The notes under the pieces are model-generated. The model was given only the letters and a program-made list of their open reading frames with translations. It did no database searches and was not told the origin of the DNA. A stretch of DNA of 64,000 nt from IMG/VR virus record IMGVR_UViG_3300042147_000020, positions 124,001-188,000 of that record; one strand, given 5' to 3'. This document shows positions 1 through 8,971 of the stretch, one piece after another (within the stretch, counting starts at the first letter, position 1; each line of letters opens with the position of its first letter). The translations under genes and the position numbers were made by a program.

Positions 1-568
1 ACTTACGAGCAATGTCAATACCAGGCTCGTTCACGTAGTCCCAGGTGACGATCGTACGGATGTGCTTGACCAGACGTCCGCCTTCGATCTTGTCGTCCGT
101 CAGTGAGCGTACAGAGAAGCACACGCTTTCGTTCGGATTCTCCATCGACTCGCCCAACGCCTGACCTTTCGGACCAGATGGCTTGACGTGACCGATGACA
201 GCAACCACACGATTACCTGACTTGTCTTTGATAGCGTCCTTCTCGATGCGAACATCTTTGAAGTGGCAGCAGACGTTATCTTCGTAGATCGTTGACACAC
301 GACGCAGGAAGCTGCGCATGTCTTGACCCGGCAGTTGTTTGGGGTGACCATACTCGCCACGGCAAGCACCAGTCTCGATACGACGCATCAGGTTCGAGGA
401 TTGCTCGAACAGTGACTGAGCCGATTTCAGCGGATAGAAAGCACCACCGCTGTTGTAGGTGTCCAAACCGCCCAGAACGAACTCGTAATAGCCGTCACTG
501 TCTGCGGTCATCTTCCCTACTTTGTTTGTGCCACGCAACGCGACACAACCGTAACTTACACGTTCCAT
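1..568 (-). CDS. Prohead (head maturation) serine protease, phiKZ gp175-like; C-terminus runs off the window
   Basis: Not in the ORF track. Manual translation from the ATG at 568 gives MERVSYGC...GEYGHP...FSVRS...TWDYVNEPG, which matches the His and Ser motifs of T4 gp21/phiKZ gp175-type proteases. The frame is open to the window edge. Confidence 0.85.
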   Translation of the reverse strand, partial: MERVSYGCVALRGTNKVGKMTADSDGYYEFVLGGLDTYNSGGAFYPLKSAQSLFEQSSNLMRRIETGACRGEYGHPKQLPGQDMRSFLRRVSTIYEDNVCCHFKDVRIEKDAIKDKSGNRVVAVIGHVKPSGPKGQALGESMENPNESVCFSVRSLTDDKIEGGRLVKHIRTIVTWDYVNEPGIDIARK

Positions 569-575
569 AAGGCAC

Positions 576-1301
576 CTACCTTCTCAAGAGTCCTTCGATA
601 GGCTCCACTGTGTCAGATGGATTCACCAAAGCAGAGGTGAGGCCTTCTTCCCAGTAAGCACCTACCAGTTTTGCTGTAGTGTTACTTGCCCCGTACGTCA
701 CGCTTCGCAGAGGGATGTAGAACGCGGGGATAGTCCCCAGATCCTTTTCCAACTTCAAAGCGTGGCGATAGAACATTGACCGGTCTGCGGACAAACGACT
801 GATCGCAGCGATGATCATTTCCACGATGGCGAAGTTAGCACCCACAGACACACCAGCATGTTTCGGTGCACTCTCGAAGATACGCCCCAAGTCCTCGTAA
901 GACATGAACCAAGGAACGTGTCCCTTGGCAATGATCTCCGAATAGACTCGGTAAATGAAAGTGTCTCGTCTAACCAGGTTGAGGTCAGCAATAACCACAC
1001 TACCCGGATCGAAGACAAACTCAATGTAGTCCTCATCATCCAGTTTGATGTAGTTAGTACTTGTGGGTTCAATGCGCATCATGGCGTTGACCAACGACAC
1101 ACCGTAGTAGGCGTCATCGACCGTGATTGCAAAGATACCAGAGATCGAAGTCTCGGTACCTAAGAACGCCATCTGTTGTTCTGTAAAACGGGCAGGGATG
1201 TAAATCTTACACCCCTTCGTTGTTACCAACGTTCCGTCTTCCATCTCCCGCAGATACGCATGAACCTTCGAAGGATCTCGTTTGAACTTTCTCGGGTCCA
1301 T
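576..1301 (-). CDS. Conserved virion protein, phiKZ gp176-like (possibly vRNAP-associated)
   Basis: 241-aa ORF between the protease and the vRNAP genes; assigned by synteny. Confidence 0.6.
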   Translation of the reverse strand: MDPRKFKRDPSKVHAYLREMEDGTLVTTKGCKIYIPARFTEQQMAFLGTETSISGIFAITVDDAYYGVSLVNAMMRIEPTSTNYIKLDDEDYIEFVFDPGSVVIADLNLVRRDTFIYRVYSEIIAKGHVPWFMSYEDLGRIFESAPKHAGVSVGANFAIVEMIIAAISRLSADRSMFYRHALKLEKDLGTIPAFYIPLRSVTYGASNTTAKLVGAYWEEGLTSALVNPSDTVEPIEGLLRR

Positions 1302-1312
1302 CGGTTATTTCC

Positions 1313-2764
1313 TTAGGCGGACGGATTGACTTTGTCAGCGGTGATCAGAGTAGCAACCCAGTTCGGGATGTATTCGATCATTGCCAGCAGACCAGCCTCA
1401 CGAATGTCCAGGGTTGGGTTTTCTTTGGCCGCTGTGTCGAGCATGGTCAGAATTTCCAGTGCGTCGGTGTGCGGGAACATGACGTTGCAGACCACTTTGC
1501 GGCAGGTGAGGAACAGGCAGTCTTCGTACCAGTTGTTCGGCATGTCGCGCACGTAAGCGTGCAGGGCCGTGACGTAGATGCTGCGCTCGGTAACCAATAG
1601 GTCATCCGGCAGAGCAGCGATCTGTTGTTCAACCGCACGTACCAGACCAGTCAGGTAGTGGTTCGCCTTTTGCAGACGCAGGTTGGTCGACATCACACGC
1701 TCTTGGCTTTCCCAGATCTTGACGTACTGGTCTTTGCGATCGAGTAGCATGTCGAAGCTGTAGTTGCGGTCGGTCAGGAAAGCACCGAACAGAACTTCAG
1801 GAGAACCACCGGCTTCCAGGAACTTGCCGTACATGTCGCCGTTCACGCGGATCGCAATCGGAGTGATACCGATGTCGTCTTCACGGAACTGAGTCCAGTC
1901 GTTGATCAGAGTCTTCTTGCTAACAGCAGACTCACGACGCTCGAGCACACGCACCATCGCACGACCCGATTGGGCAACGATTTCAGCAACGAACTCTTTG
2001 TACTCGTTCAGTCCAGCACGCACACCTTCCGGAGTCACGTCCAACAGCTTGAGAGCCATCAGGTGGATCAGGAGGATCTGGTTCGGCTCAACGTACAGTG
2101 GGTTCAGCCACGACAGCAGGGACGGGTTGTAATCGTCGCCGCTCGAGACAAACACCTTGTTGTACAGGTCGGTGATGTAGTTCTCCGGCAGAGAAGCTAC
2201 GAACTCGGACAGGTCGCTGTTGAAACGGGAGATCCCAGTTTCGATCAACGCCATCGGAGAAGCCAGGTTTTCTGGCAGCGGAACAGTGATGCTCAGCTTG
2301 ACGTCCTTAACGGCAGTCTCGTTGAAGCGCTCAACCATACCGGCGAGGTAATGGCTACCCCAGATAGCGTGGTAGATGTCAGCCTTAACCGAGATCGCAG
2401 TGTTCTTCAAAGTCATCGCCGAAGCGGCGTAGTCTTCGATGAACTGGACAGCCGCATGAACGCACGGGTTAACTTGGTTACGTGCCAAGTCCATGCCCCA
2501 GGTGACGGTACGCTTCAGGACTTCGACCACTTCGTCCATGACGATGTCGTGTTCGCAGACGCCTTGAGCATTCTTGCAGGTAGAGCCGAACTGAATACGT
2601 TCTTCAGCCGACATATCCATACTACCGATGTCCGGGTTAGGTAGGTAGCCAGCAGTGATCAGCGTGGCCAGTGGAGTACCAGCGATTGCCTTGAGCTGCA
2701 AACCTTTCTTTTCCAGCTTGTCAGCCAAGCTGATGGCAGCGGTCAGGGAATTATAGTTAAGCAT
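1313..2764 (-). CDS. Virion structural protein, phiKZ gp177-like
   Basis: 483-aa ORF in the protease/vRNAP operon; assigned by synteny. Confidence 0.55.
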   Translation of the reverse strand: MLNYNSLTAAISLADKLEKKGLQLKAIAGTPLATLITAGYLPNPDIGSMDMSAEERIQFGSTCKNAQGVCEHDIVMDEVVEVLKRTVTWGMDLARNQVNPCVHAAVQFIEDYAASAMTLKNTAISVKADIYHAIWGSHYLAGMVERFNETAVKDVKLSITVPLPENLASPMALIETGISRFNSDLSEFVASLPENYITDLYNKVFVSSGDDYNPSLLSWLNPLYVEPNQILLIHLMALKLLDVTPEGVRAGLNEYKEFVAEIVAQSGRAMVRVLERRESAVSKKTLINDWTQFREDDIGITPIAIRVNGDMYGKFLEAGGSPEVLFGAFLTDRNYSFDMLLDRKDQYVKIWESQERVMSTNLRLQKANHYLTGLVRAVEQQIAALPDDLLVTERSIYVTALHAYVRDMPNNWYEDCLFLTCRKVVCNVMFPHTDALEILTMLDTAAKENPTLDIREAGLLAMIEYIPNWVATLITADKVNPSA

Positions 2765-2766
2765 GG

Positions 2767-2961
2767 TTACACCACCCCTTGGTCTTTGGACAGCCGACGT
2801 TGAATGGTCGCCGCGATGGCGCTCTTCATGGTAGCTGGAGGAATCTTTTTCCCGTTGACAGTGTTGGACACTGCTTCACCGGCAACTGCCATGATCAGGC
2901 ACGCCGACAGTTCGATCGCATTACCCAAAACGGTCAGGTTTTGTTCAGTTACTTTGTTCAT
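2767..2961 (-). CDS. Small hypothetical protein
   Basis: 64-aa ORF ending 2 nt before the next co-oriented gene. Confidence 0.55.
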   Translation of the reverse strand: MNKVTEQNLTVLGNAIELSACLIMAVAGEAVSNTVNGKKIPPATMKSAIAATIQRRLSKDQGVV

Positions 2962-2990
2962 AGGAAGAACCCGATATGAGAGTTAACGTG

Positions 2991-3014
2991 GGTTAGGGGG
3001 CGAACCCCCTAACC
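2991..3014 (-). terminator. Stem-loop downstream of the vRNAP beta gene
   Basis: Perfect inverted repeat ggttagggg-gcgaa-ccccctaacc immediately after the stop codon. Confidence 0.6.
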
Positions 3015-3015
3015 T

Positions 3016-6000
3016 TTAACCTTTTTTGTACGCCTCTACTACCTTCTTGCTCAACACCTTCAACAGAGTTGTGGTGGTCCCGATTAGCTCAGGAGAGAGA
3101 CAGATCCGGTTTGAGAAACTGGTGTACGAGAAGATAGCATCCAAGTCTTCCCCAGACTCAGTCTGGTTACGACCCGACATCACCCGACCAAAGATCGTCT
3201 TCATCTGGTTGACGAATACACCTTTGTCACCTACCCCAGCAGACACGCGAGTTGTGATGTAGACGCGAATAGCCATAGAATCCATGTTCAAAGGATTACC
3301 AGCTACTCGCAAAGCACCGTCAACGCTACCCGTCAGCACTTTACGGTTGAGGTTTTTGGAGAGTTTAGCACGCTCCTTGTCACCCAGATCCGCAATGGCC
3401 CGCAGGCTTGGAGACATGTCTTCTTTGTCCCCGTTGTAGAACACTTCAATGCGTTCGATCACACCGTTGTGCTTTGCTTTAGGAGTTTGAGACCCCAACA
3501 AACGTAGCGTATCAATGGTGTCCTCATCGAACAGATCAGTGTTCGCCGTAACAGCGTCTTCGATAGTACATAAAATATCCTCACTATCGACCGTTTGCCC
3601 AGATTTGACGAAGTTACGCAAGGTCTGATCAAACGTTACAACGATGTCCCGGATCTCTGTGACCGAGGTGGTCATCAGCTTAGCAACACGCTCAGAGATG
3701 ATCGAGGAGTCTTCCAGAGTATCCGCACACTCAAGGATCGCAGTCCGTACCATCACACCCGTCTTCATCGAAACCTGTTTAGGGTTCAGAGTGGAAGGTT
3801 GGAAGTACAGAGTGTTGTAGGAGATCACGTCACCCGCTTTCACCTTCTGGCCGATCTTGAGATCAGTCTTCAAGTTGTGTGGGAACGTCTTACCCGCAAC
3901 CGTACCGAAACGACGACCGAGTTCTACGGACTTGGTGCTACCGTCTTTATATTGCACGGTAATGGCATCGTCACCCACAGCAGTGATCTGTCCATCGTCT
4001 TTCGCCGTGTAAGCAAACAGGTCATTCACACGGTGAGCGATTACTTCGTCGTAGCCAGTCTGAACCGGCTGGACTTGATAACCTTCAGAGAACATTGTCG
4101 AGTGGTACTGAATGCCGATAAAGTTAACCCGCTTAGGGTCATCTCGGTCAGCACAAGGCGATACCAACGCAGCGGTTGAGATCAACTTGGTAGCACCGTC
4201 CACCCCTGGCTTGTAACGACCAGAGATACCACGCAGCGAAGTGAAGTTAGGGTCAGCAGTCAGGAACGTCGAGATAGCTACGTCACCGGAGTCCACTGTC
4301 GACTCGGAGATTACCCCCATGTCGTTAGGGTGGAACACACGAGAACGTTTTACCATTGAACGACGGGAACGACCACCCACGCCACCGAAGGTCACAGCCT
4401 CTTGGGTACGCAAGCACTCAATTGGGTTGGACTCTTCCACCAGACCTTTCGACGGGTCTTCTTGAATAGCCTGCCAGATAGCGTGTGGTGCCATCTCCAG
4501 TTTGTTACCCGAACTACCACGGCGAGCATTGTGGATACGAGTCGAACGAACGATCTCAGCATACACAGCACCAGCAATACGTTCGTAGCCTTTGATCCGC
4601 ATGTACTCCATGTCAGTCTCAGCCGGAGCCCAATCAGTGATCAACAGTTCCACTGCACGAGTCAGCAGTCCTTCCCACTGGGTAGGTTCTTTCATCTCTA
4701 CGAGCAAGTCGTAGGTGACCGGGTCAACAAACATGTCACGCAACAGATCCAGCTCACGCAAGAAGCGCACACCGATCTTGTTGGTTTCCAGAACGTTGAG
4801 GTAAACGTCCTTGCGGTTGAAGTCTTGAACGCTGTAGTTCTTGATCGTTTTGGCGTACGTGTTAAAGCCTTCCATCAACAGCGCAATGACTTTGTCGTCA
4901 CGATGGAAGATCAGGTTCTCGTCAGCAAAGCGAACCACGTATTCACCGTCAGCCAACTTCAGTCGCTCACCCACCGGACCACGACGGAACGAGGTAGGCT
5001 TGAGTGATTTGATCACGCGTTCCAGACCGAGGTAGTAGCTGAGCACCAGACCCAAAGGAATGGTCTTGTTGAATACCCGCAGCTCCGCCATCTCCATTGG
5101 CGCATTCGTGATGTCGAGTTCCAACAGCTCTTCGATCTTGCCGAGTGGTTCCAAACCTTTGGCCTTGACCGCGTAGAGAGTATCAAATTGATCGACCAGA
5201 ACCAGTTCAGTTCCTTTACGACCAATGACTACCAGACCTTTACCTTCCGCAGCTTGCACAGCCTTGGCGCCAAACTCTTCTTCACGCTTGGTGTACTCTA
5301 GCACGAACTCAATACCCATCGCTTTGAAACGACGGAAGTGTTGAGCCAAAGTACTGTAGAGCTTCGGAACGTTGAGCAGGTGATTGAACACGTTCGACGG
5401 TTTCATGTCCGTCACACGTTTGTCAGCGTCGTCCAGACCCATAGCACGGATCTTGTTGCACAGCCATTTCGGGTAATCGTTTACAGCTCGCTCTGAGCGG
5501 TCAACGAACACTTTACCGTAATAGCTAGTGAGAGCAACACGGGACGAACTAACCTTGCGAATCGGTACATCGCCACGTTGCTTACGAAGGCTGTACCGGA
5601 CGCCGTTTGCCAGATATGATCCATCGGAGTCCACCTTAGGAATTTTGAATCGGATAGTCGAAGACTGCCCAGTAGCGGGAGTCAGTTTGATGGTGTGGAT
5701 CTCGTAGTGGTTCAGAACGTCTTCCACGTCTTCAACTTCGTACGAGGTAACAGCCACGCCAGCATTCTGGATCGACATCACCGAGTTCACCACGTCCTTA
5801 GGGAGGATGTCTTCGATGTAACGTTTGTCGAACTCGAGCAAAGACGATTGTAACATCGACTTGTCGAATACCGTCGGCGAGTCAGGAATCAACACCGGCT
5901 TGGTGATCAGTAGCGACTCAGGTTTGATAACCATATGGTCAGCCAGAGTTCCTTTACCGTACGGGTTCGGGATCTCTTTATAGCTGTTAGCGAGTTTCAT

Positions 6001-7275
6001 CAAGCGACGATACTCGGCACCGGAAACCATCCCTGTGTCAGCCAGTTCATTGGCCTTCTCGATGATCCCTTGATCCATCCCTTTACGCTCACCACCCACC
6101 ACAATCAGGTCAGTAGCGGTAATGGCTTCCCCTTCCGCAGCTTCGGCGTTTTCTTCAATCATGGTCAGACCACTGAGGTCTTTGTCCAGATCGTCGTCCA
6201 TCAGGCCGTCGGCTTTGGCTTGCTCCAAGTCTTCCTTGAGATGTCGTTCAACCTCCTCTTGGAAGCTAGCGTCGGAGATCATCTCCTCTTCATCGGTCAG
6301 AGCAATCGGGTTGAGATCTTCAGAACGCCGTTTAGGGATCGACTTCTTCTCGTTGTCCACACCATGGAGATCGTCCTCATCGTCGACTTGTTCAGCCTCT
6401 TCTTCGATGTCCACGATGGTGTGGGCTTCTTGGAGAGTCATCATCGACTTGAGGAAACGTTTCTGCAAGACGAACGGATCAACACCGTCAGTCTTCTTCC
6501 CGTTGACGAGCTTGGCGCGCCACGAATCCAACAACCCGAGATTGATACAGAACCATTTGTCTTGGCTCTGGAACACCATGTTGACTTTATCGAAGTTGGC
6601 TTCCTTGAGGTTACCCATCGGGGAGTCAGCACGTAGCTCACCCAACCACTGGAACATGTCCAGCAAGTTGTAGGCTTCCCAACCCTTGAGCTTGCCCAAG
6701 GTAGTCCGGTCGATGCGTTTCTCAGCCAACATCAAAGCAGGTAGAGCAGGCAACACCTCCGGTAAGATCAGCCGTACGAACTGATGACGCTCAGGCTGAG
6801 CATCAATCAACGCATCCATCTGCTTCCACATCGTGTGGCGAATGTTCACCCAACGGTAGTAGTTAGCAAAGAAGCTGGTCGTGTAACGCTTGGTGAACAG
6901 CAACGGGGCAAAGTTCTCAAGCACAACGGTTCGGGGGTTTGCAAACGCCGCTTGAGGGTTAACCAACAGACGGAGCTTAGTCCGGTTCTTCCGTTGATAG
7001 TCACGCAGAGGCTTACCCATGATGAATGGGGTCGGCTTTGGATTACCGATGTCGCTCTTCATTTCAGTGATGTGTTCGATGAAGACCATGCGCTCGGCAG
7101 TCTTGATCATCGAGTCTTCCACTGACGGACCGAAGTTCACCGTGTCTTCAGGGAACCAGTTGATTACCGCCCCCTGTGGGAGCGACATCTTACCGATCCC
7201 AAACGTGATAGGTAACGTAAATTGCGGTAGGCGCCGCACACCGAACCGACGGTACCAAATGGGGTACAGAATCAT
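3016..7275 (-). CDS. Virion RNA polymerase beta-like subunit (large part), phiKZ gp178-like
   Basis: 1419 aa with RpoB-type motifs: DRDDPKRVNF, LEDSSIISER, VGDKGVFVNQMKT and DAIFSYTSFSNR. Confidence 0.9.
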   Translation of the reverse strand: MILYPIWYRRFGVRRLPQFTLPITFGIGKMSLPQGAVINWFPEDTVNFGPSVEDSMIKTAERMVFIEHITEMKSDIGNPKPTPFIMGKPLRDYQRKNRTKLRLLVNPQAAFANPRTVVLENFAPLLFTKRYTTSFFANYYRWVNIRHTMWKQMDALIDAQPERHQFVRLILPEVLPALPALMLAEKRIDRTTLGKLKGWEAYNLLDMFQWLGELRADSPMGNLKEANFDKVNMVFQSQDKWFCINLGLLDSWRAKLVNGKKTDGVDPFVLQKRFLKSMMTLQEAHTIVDIEEEAEQVDDEDDLHGVDNEKKSIPKRRSEDLNPIALTDEEEMISDASFQEEVERHLKEDLEQAKADGLMDDDLDKDLSGLTMIEENAEAAEGEAITATDLIVVGGERKGMDQGIIEKANELADTGMVSGAEYRRLMKLANSYKEIPNPYGKGTLADHMVIKPESLLITKPVLIPDSPTVFDKSMLQSSLLEFDKRYIEDILPKDVVNSVMSIQNAGVAVTSYEVEDVEDVLNHYEIHTIKLTPATGQSSTIRFKIPKVDSDGSYLANGVRYSLRKQRGDVPIRKVSSSRVALTSYYGKVFVDRSERAVNDYPKWLCNKIRAMGLDDADKRVTDMKPSNVFNHLLNVPKLYSTLAQHFRRFKAMGIEFVLEYTKREEEFGAKAVQAAEGKGLVVIGRKGTELVLVDQFDTLYAVKAKGLEPLGKIEELLELDITNAPMEMAELRVFNKTIPLGLVLSYYLGLERVIKSLKPTSFRRGPVGERLKLADGEYVVRFADENLIFHRDDKVIALLMEGFNTYAKTIKNYSVQDFNRKDVYLNVLETNKIGVRFLRELDLLRDMFVDPVTYDLLVEMKEPTQWEGLLTRAVELLITDWAPAETDMEYMRIKGYERIAGAVYAEIVRSTRIHNARRGSSGNKLEMAPHAIWQAIQEDPSKGLVEESNPIECLRTQEAVTFGGVGGRSRRSMVKRSRVFHPNDMGVISESTVDSGDVAISTFLTADPNFTSLRGISGRYKPGVDGATKLISTAALVSPCADRDDPKRVNFIGIQYHSTMFSEGYQVQPVQTGYDEVIAHRVNDLFAYTAKDDGQITAVGDDAITVQYKDGSTKSVELGRRFGTVAGKTFPHNLKTDLKIGQKVKAGDVISYNTLYFQPSTLNPKQVSMKTGVMVRTAILECADTLEDSSIISERVAKLMTTSVTEIRDIVVTFDQTLRNFVKSGQTVDSEDILCTIEDAVTANTDLFDEDTIDTLRLLGSQTPKAKHNGVIERIEVFYNGDKEDMSPSLRAIADLGDKERAKLSKNLNRKVLTGSVDGALRVAGNPLNMDSMAIRVYITTRVSAGVGDKGVFVNQMKTIFGRVMSGRNQTESGEDLDAIFSYTSFSNRICLSPELIGTTTTLLKVLSKKVVEAYKKG

Positions 7276-7278
7276 GGG

Positions 7279-8910
7279 TTAATCTCCGGTCATATTTCTC
7301 AAAACAAGTTTCACCGTGGTTACGTTACACGAAGCTCGGAAGCCCCCACGCGGATCGAGGAATGCTTCACGACTGTTGAGCAGCTTGTCAATCTCTGCTA
7401 CAGCCTCAGTGGTGTAGACCAGCGTAGACGAAGCCGTGTCACCATCGAAGTCGGCGTCCAGACCTGCAAGGCGTGAAGGGTGGATTACTTGACTGTCCAC
7501 GAAAGCATTGGGTAAACGGGTTGGGAATTCCAACGTCATAAACTCATCGCCCATCCGCTGCCAGTGTTGATCCAGCTCGTAGCGCATTTCGCCCACAATA
7601 CTGGTCTTGGTGTAGATAGTAGAAGGGTAGGTTGAGCCGATACCAATTACAGGGTAACGAGTTACGATGGTCTTCAGACTGTTCCACTTGCGGTAACCCG
7701 ACAGGTAGAGCAGTTCAACCAACGTAATAGGTTCCACGTACTTGCGATCGAAACCTTCCGGCAGTTCATTGATGTCGCCAAAGATACGGAACGTCATGTC
7801 CGGCCCTTTGTAGATCAAACCGAGGTAACGTCCTTCCACCACGATAGGCTTGTGACGGTTCTCAACGATCCGATACGACTCAATGACTTTCTCCAAACCT
7901 TCTACCGTAATCCAACGGTCTCGAGTGTCTGAAGGGAGGTCAACCATCTCTGACTTGAGGGTCTTGGCATCCACGAGTCTAGCCGTAGTAGCAGAACCAC
8001 CCACAGAGAACACTTCACCCAGCCAACCGTTACGCAGCAAGTTGATGGTCAGGGGTAGTGCACCTTTGATCACTTGGAATAACCCGAGGATTGTGTCAGT
8101 GTAATCAGGAGCCTGTACGCCATCCAGATCCGCTGTGGAGGTATCCATCGCAGAGATTACGTTTCGTGTACCGTTAAAGATACGACGAGAACCGAACTTC
8201 TCTTGGATGAAACCTTTCTTCCCGGTAATCATTCCGAGGACGGTGTCGTAGATGTCGTTGAAGCCCGCCTGGAGCGACTTACGACTGTTGTCGTACAGAG
8301 GGGAGGTTTCTGCCCCGTCAGCCCCCACGATGACTTTAGAGGCTCCGAGGATACGACGATACACGTCGTTGATTTCATCCTCAGTCCCACGTCCACTGGC
8401 ATCAATCACAAAGTCACGCAAGCCTGCTGGCATCACGAGGATTTGTTTGGTGGTGGAGATGGCAATGTACTTCTGAATCATCTTGATTCGTTCAATACGA
8501 ACCGGAGACTTGGAGTCTTTGAACTTGATTTTACGCCAGTGTTTCAAGAAGAAAGCGTAGCCCGTCTCACCAGTCATTTCGTTGGCTGGGACGAAGTCAC
8601 TCTCGTCATTACTCCACTGAGCGTAAGCAGTACCACCCATGATGTCGCGATACAGAGAACGCAACTGCACCAAAGCGCGGTAAATAGTAGGATGAAGGAC
8701 ATTCAAGTGCATGTCGATATAAGAGAACTTCTGATCTCGAATTTCGTCACCTACTCGACCGAAAGTCAACACTGAGAACAAGCCATCTTCATGGAAGTTG
8801 CCAGTAACTTGATCGTAAACGTCCGGGGACTTTACGGGACGTAACATCTTGAGTTTCTCAGGTGTAAGATTCAAGATGGAAACGTTAAAAGGAATCTGAC
8901 TATTTTTCAT
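7279..8910 (-). CDS. Virion RNA polymerase beta'-like subunit with the catalytic motif, phiKZ gp180-like
   Basis: Motifs GLFS..FG, GKKGFIQEKFGSRR, RNVI, TRYP and the catalytic DADFDGD. The start may be TTG 8916 or ATG 8910. Confidence 0.92.
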   Translation of the reverse strand: MKNSQIPFNVSILNLTPEKLKMLRPVKSPDVYDQVTGNFHEDGLFSVLTFGRVGDEIRDQKFSYIDMHLNVLHPTIYRALVQLRSLYRDIMGGTAYAQWSNDESDFVPANEMTGETGYAFFLKHWRKIKFKDSKSPVRIERIKMIQKYIAISTTKQILVMPAGLRDFVIDASGRGTEDEINDVYRRILGASKVIVGADGAETSPLYDNSRKSLQAGFNDIYDTVLGMITGKKGFIQEKFGSRRIFNGTRNVISAMDTSTADLDGVQAPDYTDTILGLFQVIKGALPLTINLLRNGWLGEVFSVGGSATTARLVDAKTLKSEMVDLPSDTRDRWITVEGLEKVIESYRIVENRHKPIVVEGRYLGLIYKGPDMTFRIFGDINELPEGFDRKYVEPITLVELLYLSGYRKWNSLKTIVTRYPVIGIGSTYPSTIYTKTSIVGEMRYELDQHWQRMGDEFMTLEFPTRLPNAFVDSQVIHPSRLAGLDADFDGDTASSTLVYTTEAVAEIDKLLNSREAFLDPRGGFRASCNVTTVKLVLRNMTGD

Positions 8911-8971
8911 TGGCAACTCTCAGGAATTTATATGAATACCAATACTTCACCCAAGAGCCGGGAGCGTAACC

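Noticed and set aside
7270-7285. Homing endonuclease or intron between or within the vRNAP genes
   Set aside because: The genes are 3 nt apart and uninterrupted. No HNH, LAGLIDADG or intein motifs were seen.
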